The position numbers and the translations under genes were made by a program. Below are positions 1 through 8,867 of a stretch of DNA of 44,503 nt, piece after piece. Below the pieces are notes generated by a model. The model saw only the letters and a program-made list of their open reading frames with translations, did not search any database and was not told where the DNA came from. The stretch lies in assembly GCA_038841535.1 (NCBI GenBank), contig JAWBTQ010000009.1, positions 1-44,503 of the forward strand, in the 5' to 3' direction. The first letter of the stretch is position 1. Every line of letters begins with the position of its first letter. This stretch comes from Sulfolobales archaeon (GTDB lineage: Archaea > Thermoproteota > Thermoprotei_A > Sulfolobales > NBVN01).

Positions 1-658
1 TCTCGATCCATATCCTGTGGGTTAGTATCTTTCTGAGTGGTGTCTTGAACCGCTTTAGCTTCAGCAACTCCCCACTTAGTGCGAAAACAGCTAGTGTAAC
101 GTTGTCGAAGTTAACGTCGATAGTCATAACGGTTCTAGTTCTCCTCGGTTTAACCGCTCTCCTGAAGTATACTGCTACGTAGACCTTGTCTTCAACTACC
201 TTCACAGCTATCTCGTAGTTACTCCACTCTTTGTATTTCTCTACTCTCTCAGTAGATGTCAGTAGTCTTAGCTTAACCTCTCTGTTTTCATGTATTTTTA
301 GAATAAGCGTCCTATTCTCTAGGTCCAGCTTGTAGTCGTACTTATCTACTCTAGCTGTTAGTCTTCTGAGAACCAATTTCTTTCCACCGTTCTGCTTACT
401 AGCTTTAACAACTGCTTTAGCGTACACGTAGATCTGCTTTACGTGGTGTGCTCTAAAGCCAAGTTCCTTAAGCTCTGAGTAGAACATTCTGTGTAGAGCT
501 TTAATTGAAGGTACCTCATTTAAACTCCACAACCTGTTTACTACTAGTTGAAGAGCATCACGGTAGAGCCTCAGAAACTCGAGTAGAGTAAGATAGTCAT
601 CGCTACTCTCGGGGAGAGCCCTCATCTTAGGAGCCTCGACGAGCTCTCCACCCCTCAC
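1..658 (-). CDS. tnpB: IS200/IS605-family TnpB RNA-guided nuclease, N-terminal part (runs off the window's left edge)
   Basis: Not in the ORF track because there is no stop in the window. My translation from GTG 658 (GGTGA RBS at 667-671; alternative ATG 625) gives MRGGELVEAPKMRALPE...FLRLYRDALQLVVNRLW...LHRMFYSELKELGFRAHH...VYVAVYFRR...VMTIDVNFDNVTLAV...LTHRIWIE, open to base 1. TIDVNFDN is the RuvC-I motif. Confidence 0.88.
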   Translation of the reverse strand, partial: MRGGELVEAPKMRALPESSDDYLTLLEFLRLYRDALQLVVNRLWSLNEVPSIKALHRMFYSELKELGFRAHHVKQIYVYAKAVVKASKQNGGKKLVLRRLTARVDKYDYKLDLENRTLILKIHENREVKLRLLTSTERVEKYKEWSNYEIAVKVVEDKVYVAVYFRRAVKPRRTRTVMTIDVNFDNVTLAVFALSGELLKLKRFKTPLRKILTHRIWIE

Positions 659-890
659 CGAGTAGCTCACCACATCCAAGATTCTAGAGTTTAGTTTATA
701 ATCTTTCTCTCCATTATCTGTATAGGTGGATATACATGGCTAGAGTTGAGATAGTTAGATGTAGCATCATTAAGTATAGGAGAGGGGACTACGTCCTCTA
801 CCCACTAGGAAGAGACAAAGAGAAGATAAAACACCTACACGGAAAAGAAGTCTACGTACTAATCGTAGCAGAAGAATAACATCACCTGAT

Positions 891-930
891 ACAAACCTAT
901 ATGAAACCCGAAACAGTTGCGATAGGCTTT
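891..930 (-). repeat. Dispersed ~40-bp repeat, probable IS200/IS605 left-end sequence
   Basis: ACAAACCTATATGAAACCCGAAACAGTTGCGATAGGCTTT here versus ACAAACCAATACGAACCCGAAACAGTTGCTTGAGGCTTT at 29689-29727, with an identical 16-mer at 905-920 and 29702-29717. Both lie upstream of tnpB sequence on the minus strand. Confidence 0.65.
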
Positions 931-1589
931 CAGTACCAGCTTTCCCCAGCTCTCTACAAAAGTCGCCGATCATAAGTTTTGAATTGGTCTTGTATTCCAT
1001 ATCACCTCAAGAACTATATATGTAGATCGATACCTTCCATCGTAAAGCCGTTATTCTCCTCCATTTAACATGCCGTCTCGTTAAAGTTCGGTTCCAGCCG
1101 AATTAAGCACTTGTAGAACAGGGATTTTATTCCTAGGTGTTAGGTGAGTAGGAGACTAGGAACCTAAATAACCCATTTCTCCAGCTCCTGTAGTAGTGAG
1201 GTGTCGAGCCTGACGAGGACCGCCCAGCTTGACATGTTCCCCAACTCGATTGGTAGGGCTAGCTCGAGGGCGTAGTCAGCGCTGAACGAGACCAGTGCCC
1301 CTAGCAGTAGGGCCTCAGTGTGGGAGTCTCCGCACCGTTTGTCTCTAGATATTTGTTTTTGTTTGTTTATGTCTGGGGACTTCCACTTCTTCCACACGGA
1401 CTTAGGTATCCGTGCGGGTTCGTGGGTGGCTGTCGAGCCAAACGGCACATGGCTCCCACCTAGCTCTGCCCCTGGCGGCTTGAAGCACTGCCCCACCACC
1501 GTCCAGGTTCACCACAAAAATAAACAGAAACAACTCTCACAAACATTTCCTCAAAACATCGAGAAGAAAACAGCCCCAAGCTAGGGCCT

Positions 1590-1994
1590 CTAGGAGCCTA
1601 GCGGTGCTCTCGAGAGCGCGGGTCCTAGCGGATAGGGGGACATGCGCCAGCATCGCGTACCTGCGGCGTCCCGGTATAGTGCGCTCAGGGAAAGTAGCTT
1701 GCCCACGGTGTCGTGTACACGTTTGACCACTAGGTACTCTAGGAACCTCCTCGGCAGCTCTGGGTCGATCGGTAGCCTCCCCACATCCACCCTGGTGGGT
1801 CGAGTAGCACCTGTTCTATGCTGACTGTAGGCTCGACCCGGCAGACCGAGCACCACCCACAGCTGAGAGCGGGCCTCTTGAACCCTACCGCTACCACGTC
1901 GAGCCAGGACCTCCTCGACGACGTCCGAGTAATTCAGGACGATATGATACGCGGGCTTGCCGCCCACAGCTCTACCGCAGAGCAAGCAGACGTA
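1590..1994 (-). pseudogene. Degenerate C2H2 zinc-finger protein fragment
   Basis: Extending ORF 1590..1985 upstream gives GGYVCLLCGRAVGGKPAYHIVLNYSDVVEEV, a CxxC...HxxxxH-like pattern with the second His position occupied by Tyr (TAC). Confidence 0.4.
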
Positions 1995-2030
1995 GCCTCC
2001 GCGGTCTTCACTACCACCGGGACTGGGGCT

Positions 2031-2255
2031 GTGAGGGCTTGAGAGAAGGTATTCACGTGCCTCACCTCTGACAGAATGGGAGAGGCGACGTTTACGGAGG
2101 TCGGGAGGGAGCTCGGGTCGCAGGTGTACTTCGCACTCAGGCAGGCCGCCATGCTCGGTCTGACGGTCGAGGAGGGGGGAAAGAGGGTGAAGCTCAGCGA
2201 GAAGGGTAGGGCTATAGCGGAGTGCCTAGTTAAGTGCTTCGAAAGTAGCTCCTGA
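2031..2255 (+). pseudogene. Small winged helix-turn-helix protein, interrupted by an in-frame TGA at codon 4 (or a 59-aa protein from ATG 2076)
   Basis: My translation: VRA*EKVFTCLTSDRMGEATFTEVGRELGSQVYFALRQAAMLGLTVEEGGKRVKLSEKGRAIAECLVKCFESSS*. It shows the wHTH pattern (TFTEV.RELG...LGL...VKLSEKG). Confidence 0.6.
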
Positions 2256-2499
2256 TGAAGGACGATACAGTTCTGTCCTCTATCCTCCTGAGTTAGATTC
2301 ACACTACGAACAGCACCTCCTCTCAGACCCCTATCGCTTCAAGAGTATGTTGGTTGCTATGTCACTGAATAAGAACACCTAAGTTGTACAGTTACAGACC
2401 CCGAATTGTGAAATGATGAGAGCTGGATATTTAGACTACACTTTTAGTAGATCAACTTTGTGTAGCTTATCAATAGTCAACTAAAGTTAACTAGAATAG

Positions 2500-3819
2500 T
2501 TAGTAGAACGGTCTTAGCTCTTGTGAGCCACCAAAGAGTGAAGCTACGTGAGCTCTCAGTTTGTCTAAGTGCTCGGAGTATTTCCTATGTAAATAGACGC
2601 GGAAGAAGTTTACTTCGTGTGGCATAATCCCGGCAATAGTCTCTCTTATAGGAGTTTTCACTATAGTTCCATCCGGTCTAAGTATGCTTATCTCCGTCTC
2701 TTCAAACATAGGGTTCGTCGGTAGTCTCGGGCTATCCACGAAGACGGCACTAGGGTCAGACAGACCTGTTAGCCTAATGAATGCCTCTCCTATGATGCTC
2801 TCGATCAGGTTTTTCCCAACTTTAATTAGAGCCGCCGATACTCTCTCTAGTGGCTGTATTATTTCATATACTAGTTTATAGGGGACTTCGCGTCGTAGCA
2901 CGTATTTAGTCTCCTCCAGCCTTCTGACCTCGGGATTAGATAAAACATAGTCATCATCTAGTTCAGTGTACAGTTCTGGGTTCTCTATGGCTTCAGGTAT
3001 CTTTAGAGAGTATTCGACCTTCTGCAGAATGCTTCCTAATATTTTGTCAAAGGCTCTAGAAGTTTTATGGTAGTAAACAGTCTTAAACATATACAACCTA
3101 GCAAGAAGTAAGTGGTCTAAAACGTCGCGAGCCTTGTATTCTAGCGCTATAGTGTCACCAATAACCTTTGAGTGATACGCGAGCCTAGCCCAATCTAGCC
3201 CCAATCCGTAGTTTGCTCCCGTGTAGTAGGAGTCTCTAAGGAGGTAGTCGATTATGTCGGCACTATACGGACCCTTAATGATGTAGTAGAGGGAGCTCTC
3301 ACTGTAATCACCTACCTTTGAGTGGAAAGGCCACGCTTCCAGAACCGGAGCCTCTATAGACCTCGAGAGCTGCTCCACCGTTACATTATACTCCTTCTCG
3401 ATGCACTTCTCGAAACATTTAACTATATCTGGGTGCTCTCTCACTATCTTGCCGCCAAGTACCTCATGATTTAATCCATAACGTAAGAGAACGTGATCTT
3501 CAAACGTGTGCGAAAAAGGTCCATGTCCTACGTCGTGGAGCAAGGCGAGCAGGCGAGATACAGCGTACAGCCTAGATACCTCAGATCTCTCTATTCCATC
3601 GGAGTATAAACTCTCAGCAAATACTCCAGCTACGTGCATCACGCCTAAGGAGTGAGCAAAGCGGGTATGTGTTGCCGAAGGATACACGTATTGAGACGTG
3701 GGAAGTTGCAGAACTCTTCTAAGCCTTTGGAATGGGGCTGTATCTATTAGGCATCTTTCATGCTCATAGACCTTAATGTAGTTATGGACAGGGTCTTTGA
3801 TTATCACTGAGTGCTTCAT
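2500..3819 (-). CDS. HD-superfamily phosphohydrolase (SAMHD1/dNTP triphosphohydrolase-like)
   Basis: Motifs IKDPVH, FQRLRR..QL, HTRFAHSLG, LLHDVGHGPFSH and DIIDYLLRD. Confidence 0.92.
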   Translation of the reverse strand: MKHSVIIKDPVHNYIKVYEHERCLIDTAPFQRLRRVLQLPTSQYVYPSATHTRFAHSLGVMHVAGVFAESLYSDGIERSEVSRLYAVSRLLALLHDVGHGPFSHTFEDHVLLRYGLNHEVLGGKIVREHPDIVKCFEKCIEKEYNVTVEQLSRSIEAPVLEAWPFHSKVGDYSESSLYYIIKGPYSADIIDYLLRDSYYTGANYGLGLDWARLAYHSKVIGDTIALEYKARDVLDHLLLARLYMFKTVYYHKTSRAFDKILGSILQKVEYSLKIPEAIENPELYTELDDDYVLSNPEVRRLEETKYVLRREVPYKLVYEIIQPLERVSAALIKVGKNLIESIIGEAFIRLTGLSDPSAVFVDSPRLPTNPMFEETEISILRPDGTIVKTPIRETIAGIMPHEVNFFRVYLHRKYSEHLDKLRAHVASLFGGSQELRPFY

Positions 3820-3842
3820 TTCTACATCAGTTAGTCGTTAGT

Positions 3843-5555
3843 CTAGAAGCTTAAAACTACCGATAACGTTAAAAGATTAACTAAGGCTATAGTCGCTAGC
3901 AGAGAGCGTAAAGTCTTCTTCCCAAGGTCTTCAATAAGTGATGTAAGCCTCCATATGTTGTATCCAGCTAATCCCACATCGTGAAATACGTGGTCGATTG
4001 TGACGTATCTAGCTTTAGCTTCATTTTCAGTGGCTCTCTCGACAGCCCTGACTATAGCCCCGTAGAGGCCTGGGCAATCAGAGACGACATAGTAGGGTTT
4101 CTCTTTAAATGAGGCAGCACAGCTATGATCATCTGGGGTAACAACGAGTGGTTCTTTATATCCCATCTGCTTCATTAAGTTTACGATGTTGCTTCTTGTT
4201 TGCAAGTCTACGTTATTACCGTACATGTATACTATAGAGTATCTCTCGCCATCGCTGAAACGAAATGTTATCGCTTTTACTTTATCATAGCATAGCTCAC
4301 GGCACCCAAAACCCACGGCTTCACCGTAGCCTACGTAAACATCTTCCTCAGAGCACTTATCTATATCCTTAAGCTTCTCTATCACGGTATAGAGCTCACC
4401 TCCATCCTTGACTGGCGGGCCTTTAGCGGCGTGAGAATCTACTACAGCTACTAAATTCAGTTTGTTGTTCACTCCAAGAACTTCTTCAACTTTTTCCCAG
4501 ATATTGTACGGTAGGTCATCATTGCCACGTAGCACGTTAGTTAAAAACAAAACTATAGCTGTCGGGCCTCTAAAGACGAATACTTCCCACTCTCCATCTC
4601 TTAAAACACTTGGTTTACATATGCCATAATCTGATAGCTGATTATAGTAGCTACTTATAGAAGAGGCAACGGCTTTAGCTATTTCGCGGCTTTCAGAAAA
4701 TGTTGTTATATTTCTCTCGTGAGACCCTGGTGTGTGGAATACGAAGGTTTCCATATTAGGTTCTAGGCTGTCTTCTAATACATATGGAAACCTGGAAGAC
4801 CCCACGTTCCTAAACGGACCGAAGTGAATATCGGGAAATACCAAAGCTATTGGTTCGCCTAGTTCCCTCTTTAAAACAAGGGCTCTAACTCTTACTCTAT
4901 CGGTTATCCCCAGATCACGAATTAATTCTTCGAGGTGTCCGTGATCTCCCGTAAGCCAGGTCTTCATAAAAGCTCTTGCGGAGCTAAGAGGAGATACTCC
5001 CCTACTTCTCCCAGAGTACTCGATCGAGTACAGAGCTAAGATCCCGATAACGAGGGATACTGTACTCATCGAGACTACCGAAATAAAGAACTCGTGTAGA
5101 CGATAGCCTAGTACTAATCCTCCAGCAACTAAGACTAAGGCGATCGGAAGTACTGAGAGCACGACCGCAGTGCCAAATTCATACAAACCGATAAATACAA
5201 AGACTAGTATGCCCGGGCTTACCGAGAGCCCCACACCTCTTAGTCCACCCAGTCTGCTTAAAATGACTTCGGCCGGTAGGACCATTAAGAGAACCGCTGA
5301 TATAAAGTTAACCATTCTTTTAAAGTTAAAGATCTTTGAACGCCTAAGAGGTAATAGCAAAAACATAAATAATAATGACTCCATAGAGTAGAGAAGGAAC
5401 CCTTCAGCATATTTCCAGAGGTCCCCTGCGGGAAAGGTAGCTGCAAACGTGTATACCGCCAAAACAGTTGCTAGCAGGAGGAGTGATGTAGTCTTTCTAC
5501 TAGGAGTTAGTGTAATTAACCGATAGTACTTGCTTACTACGCCCTCAGCGTCCAA
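3843..5555 (-). CDS. DUF2070-family membrane protein
   Basis: N-terminal TM helices, then the motifs HFGPFRNVGSS, HTPGSHE, VDSH and TPDDH, and a C-terminal TM helix. Confidence 0.8.
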   Translation of the reverse strand: MDAEGVVSKYYRLITLTPSRKTTSLLLLATVLAVYTFAATFPAGDLWKYAEGFLLYSMESLLFMFLLLPLRRSKIFNFKRMVNFISAVLLMVLPAEVILSRLGGLRGVGLSVSPGILVFVFIGLYEFGTAVVLSVLPIALVLVAGGLVLGYRLHEFFISVVSMSTVSLVIGILALYSIEYSGRSRGVSPLSSARAFMKTWLTGDHGHLEELIRDLGITDRVRVRALVLKRELGEPIALVFPDIHFGPFRNVGSSRFPYVLEDSLEPNMETFVFHTPGSHERNITTFSESREIAKAVASSISSYYNQLSDYGICKPSVLRDGEWEVFVFRGPTAIVLFLTNVLRGNDDLPYNIWEKVEEVLGVNNKLNLVAVVDSHAAKGPPVKDGGELYTVIEKLKDIDKCSEEDVYVGYGEAVGFGCRELCYDKVKAITFRFSDGERYSIVYMYGNNVDLQTRSNIVNLMKQMGYKEPLVVTPDDHSCAASFKEKPYYVVSDCPGLYGAIVRAVERATENEAKARYVTIDHVFHDVGLAGYNIWRLTSLIEDLGKKTLRSLLATIALVNLLTLSVVLSF

Positions 5556-5644
5556 CTGTAGGCACCCACCTACTACCTCTCTGTCTCTATGTACTAGAGA
5601 AAGCGGAGGTTTAAGCTTTTTGCTCCCGGGTTAGCCTGAGGTGC

Positions 5645-6886
5645 TCACTTCCAAGACTTTAAATACTCTAGCTGCTCCTCTGTCAATGAGTCTATCTCTA
5701 TGCCCATGGACCTTAGTTTTAGCCGAGCTATAGCGTTATCTATTTCCTCAGGTAGTCTATGGACTCTATTAGCTATCTTACCTCGGTTTTCTACCAGGTA
5801 TTTTATTGCGAGAGCTTGATTAGCAAAGCTTAGGTCCATGACCTCACTTGGGTGTCCTTCAGCAGCCACAAGGTTGACCAACCTGCCTTCAGCTAGTAGG
5901 TATACTTTCCTCCCGTTGGGTAGTAAGTACTCATCTACATTGCTCCTGATGGACCTTTTAGACACTGCAACATTCTCGATGCTTAGAACGCTTATCTCTA
6001 CGTTAAAATGTCCCGCGTTAGCGAGTATAGCGCCATCTTTCATAGTGAGGACATGCTCGACTCTAATAACGTCTATGTTACCAGTAGCTGTAATGAAGAT
6101 ATCACCCACTTTCGCTGCTTCAGACATAGGCATAACGTCAAACCCGTCCATAACAGCCTCAAGAGCCTTTACTGGGTCTACTTCAGTTATGATAACTCTC
6201 GCACCTAGACCTCTAGCACGTATAGCAATGCCCCTACCAACCCAGCCGTAACCCGCCACAACAACTATTTTTCCGGCGATCAGGACATTAGTAGCCCTCA
6301 TAATTCCGTCGAGTGTTGACTGACCCGTTCCGTATCTGTTGTCGAATAAATACTTGGTCTTAGAGTCATTTACAGCTATCACAGGGTACTTAAGCATTCC
6401 GGAGCTCTCGAGAGCTTTAAGCCTCAGAACCCCTGTAGTTGTTTCTTCTGTTCCTCCCAAGACTTTCTCGGCCATATCTGGGGCTTTTTCATGAAGAAAA
6501 ACATGTAGGTCTCCTCCATCATCTATCACAACATCGGGGTTAGAGCGCGCTATGCGCTCTATACACCAGAAATATTCGTCATCGCTTTCACCACGCCAAG
6601 CAAATACCCTAACACCCTCGGTAGCGAGAGCGGCAGCCACCTCATCTTGTGTTGATAGCGGGTTAGATGCAGCAAGCCAAACTTCAGCACCTCCTGCTAA
6701 AAGCGTTCTCGCAAGAACTGCAGTCTCTTTTGTTACGTGAAGAACGGCCCCAATCCTAACCCCACCTAGCGGTTTAGCCTCCTCAAACTCTCTCCTTATC
6801 CTCATGAGTACTGGCATGTTTCTTTCAGCCCACTCGATCATGTTCTTACCTTGCGAGGCAAGGTCTATGTTCTTCACTCTATGCAT
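5645..6886 (-). CDS. ahcY: Adenosylhomocysteinase (SAH hydrolase)
   Basis: Motifs [45 protein letters not shown] and [11 protein letters not shown]. Confidence 0.97.
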   Translation of the reverse strand: MHRVKNIDLASQGKNMIEWAERNMPVLMRIRREFEEAKPLGGVRIGAVLHVTKETAVLARTLLAGGAEVWLAASNPLSTQDEVAAALATEGVRVFAWRGESDDEYFWCIERIARSNPDVVIDDGGDLHVFLHEKAPDMAEKVLGGTEETTTGVLRLKALESSGMLKYPVIAVNDSKTKYLFDNRYGTGQSTLDGIMRATNVLIAGKIVVVAGYGWVGRGIAIRARGLGARVIITEVDPVKALEAVMDGFDVMPMSEAAKVGDIFITATGNIDVIRVEHVLTMKDGAILANAGHFNVEISVLSIENVAVSKRSIRSNVDEYLLPNGRKVYLLAEGRLVNLVAAEGHPSEVMDLSFANQALAIKYLVENRGKIANRVHRLPEEIDNAIARLKLRSMGIEIDSLTEEQLEYLKSWK

Positions 6887-7022
6887 ACTTAACTACCCTT
6901 GCTACCTCTGAAATTAACCGTATAAATGTATAATGTGCCGAGTGAGATTGATATAGACTTAGTGCTTCATGCGTAGAAGAAACCTTTTAAGCTCTCATGG
7001 GTGTATATTCGAGGGATACCCC

Positions 7023-7208
7023 ATGGCACAGGTTGTAGGACCAGTTAAGGGAACGGTAACTGGATTCTGTGTAAAGTGCAGGGCCAAAAAAGACTTGAAA
7101 TCTCCTGAAGAGGTAATATTGAAGAACGGTAGGAGAGCTATTAGAGGTACCTGCCCAACCTGCGGTACTACCGTATACGTCTTTATGGGGAGTAAGAAGA
7201 AGAGCTAA
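7023..7208 (+). CDS. DUF5679-like small basic zinc-ribbon protein
   Basis: FCVKCRAKK...KNGRRAIRGTCPTCGT with two CxxC pairs. ATG 7023 is preferred over 6969. Confidence 0.78.
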   Translation: MAQVVGPVKGTVTGFCVKCRAKKDLKSPEEVILKNGRRAIRGTCPTCGTTVYVFMGSKKKS

Positions 7209-7350
7209 CAGCTGTAGTACACCGCTGGCTGTAAATCCACATTTTTCTTTTTCCTTTACATGCGATCTCCATATATGGCATTATGGTTTATAATTATAGT
7301 AAAGTGCAGAGTAAGTTAAAAACATGGGCTCTATATCTTGGTGAGGCACT

Positions 7351-8175
7351 ATGTGCAGGTTAATCTCTCTTGTAGGTAGGGATATATCAAGCTATATCGA
7401 GTATGTTGACTCTTTCGTAAAGGCAAGTAGGTGCGATCCTTTTCTCATGGAATTACTGGGGCGTACTGAGTGTGAAGGTCATAGTGACGGCTGGGGTTAT
7501 GCGATAGTAGGTGCTAGAGATGGTAAGTGGAGTTTGTCTTCTCACTATAGGACTACTTTACCCGTGTATTATGATTCGACCGGGATCAACAATCTAAAGA
7601 ACATAGTTTACGAGATCAGTGTTGGCGTTCTCATAGCTCATTCGAGGCGGCTGGCCGAGGGTTCAGCTAGAACAGGTAATACACACCCAATTCACTACAA
7701 CTGGAAGGGGTTTGAGATGTGGATAGCGCACAACGGCGTTATGGACTCTAGCGAATTGTCTAAAGAGCTGGGCATACCTAAGTTACTCGATACAACAGAT
7801 ACTTACTACCTGGGTGAATACCTATATAGACACTTAACTGGTGTTCGCGTGAGTGATCTCGTTGAAGCCTTAAGAAGAGCAGCTAAATATACAAAAACAG
7901 CTATGAACACTCTTATAATTCTCTATGATGACAGAAAACTGGTGCTCTCTATAACCTCGTATTTGACCGAAGACAGGCTGCGGAATCCTCTCACCGTAAA
8001 CTATTACAGAATCGTAGCAAGGACATCAAACAACTCCTCTGCTTTCTTCTCTTCTTCCATAGCTAGATACATCCATAGCCCGGACACAGCAGAAGTACCT
8101 CTACAGTCAGCAGTAGTAATGGAGCTAGACCCCGAGGCAGGTCGACTATCCAAGAGTACGTATAATTTGGATTAA
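7351..8175 (+). CDS. Class II glutamine amidotransferase (Ntn hydrolase; YafJ/EgtC-like)
   Basis: N-terminal MCR nucleophile; motifs HSDGWG, IAHSR, NTHP, AHNG and TDT. Confidence 0.9.
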   Translation: MCRLISLVGRDISSYIEYVDSFVKASRCDPFLMELLGRTECEGHSDGWGYAIVGARDGKWSLSSHYRTTLPVYYDSTGINNLKNIVYEISVGVLIAHSRRLAEGSARTGNTHPIHYNWKGFEMWIAHNGVMDSSELSKELGIPKLLDTTDTYYLGEYLYRHLTGVRVSDLVEALRRAAKYTKTAMNTLIILYDDRKLVLSITSYLTEDRLRNPLTVNYYRIVARTSNNSSAFFSSSIARYIHSPDTAEVPLQSAVVMELDPEAGRLSKSTYNLD

Positions 8176-8521
8176 CTTCTTTAGTGCGATGACTAAAGCC
8201 TGAGTGTGTCCCATTTTCGGACGTGTGGCAGCGACAACGCATAAGTTTAATAAAGTTAATCGAGCTATAAGCGGAATCCATAGACTTAAAAGTTTGAATA
8301 ATAGATACGCAAAACATACGTGGTTATCCGCGCTCATCAGCTAGCGCTAGCACTAACGAATAGAACGAAGACCCAAAGCGAGGAATAGATGGAAAGAATG
8401 TGAAGCAGTGAGGTCAGTCGATATAAGTTGGTGTGAGAGTTAAACTCCTATAGTAGCCGGGAACTCACAGTAGTGAAACTCAATAATTACTTAGCTAGTA
8501 ACTGTTTGATCGGTGTTGAAC

Positions 8522-8668
8522 ATGACTTTAGACGATTACAGCAGAACACACGTGGTTAAAGTATGCAGAGAGAAGTGCTCTGAGACAGGTTTTTCTGGCG
8601 AGGCTTTTCGCGAATGTGTGGAGCTCTGTGTAAGAGAGATTACGAGATCCTTATCGCAGATGACTTAG
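8522..8668 (+). CDS. Unannotated 48-aa protein with a twin CX3C motif
   Basis: Below the ORF-track cutoff. MTLDDYSRTHVVKVCREKCSETGFSGEAFRECVELCVREITRSLSQMT*, with GGTG upstream of the ATG, in an otherwise empty intergenic gap. Confidence 0.6.
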   Translation: MTLDDYSRTHVVKVCREKCSETGFSGEAFRECVELCVREITRSLSQMT

Positions 8669-8867
8669 TACTCACTCTAAGTGCTAGGCCTAAAGGAACC
8701 TCGAGGGTCCTTGAGTAGTGCTCGCATATCAATGTTTATTTAAAGTATTTGCGAATATGTTTAACGCATTACGATGACTACCGCAACTATAACTTAAGTT
8801 GCTAAGTGAAATGTGGTAACGATTTAAAGCTTTTAAGCATGACCCGAGTGATTCCATGGAGCTGTAA

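Larger units (their letters stand above)
1164..2255. mobile_element. GC-rich degraded virus/plasmid-like relic
   Basis: GC is 39/60 at 1861-1920 versus 23/60 at 3001-3060. Contains a broken C2H2 zinc-finger ORF, a broken winged-helix ORF and an imperfect inverted repeat. Confidence 0.5.

Noticed and set aside
891-930. Repeat as a CRISPR repeat
   Set aside because: Copies are kilobases apart, with no regular spacers and no cas genes.
770-1000. 76-aa ORF upstream of tnpB as a possible tnpA
   Set aside because: It has no HUH/Tyr or serine-recombinase motif and runs across the left-end repeat, so it is probably spurious.
1318-2302. ORFs 1318..1584, 1642..1824, 1818..2042 and 1934..2302
   Set aside because: Shadow frames in GC-rich DNA, overlapping the better-supported zinc-finger and wHTH fragments.
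2413-2470. ATGATGA as the C box of a C/D sRNA
   Set aside because: No CTGA D or D' box at a suitable distance.
8063-8337. ORFs 8063..8317 and 8146..8337
   Set aside because: They overlap the amidotransferase 3' end on the opposite strand and have no motifs.
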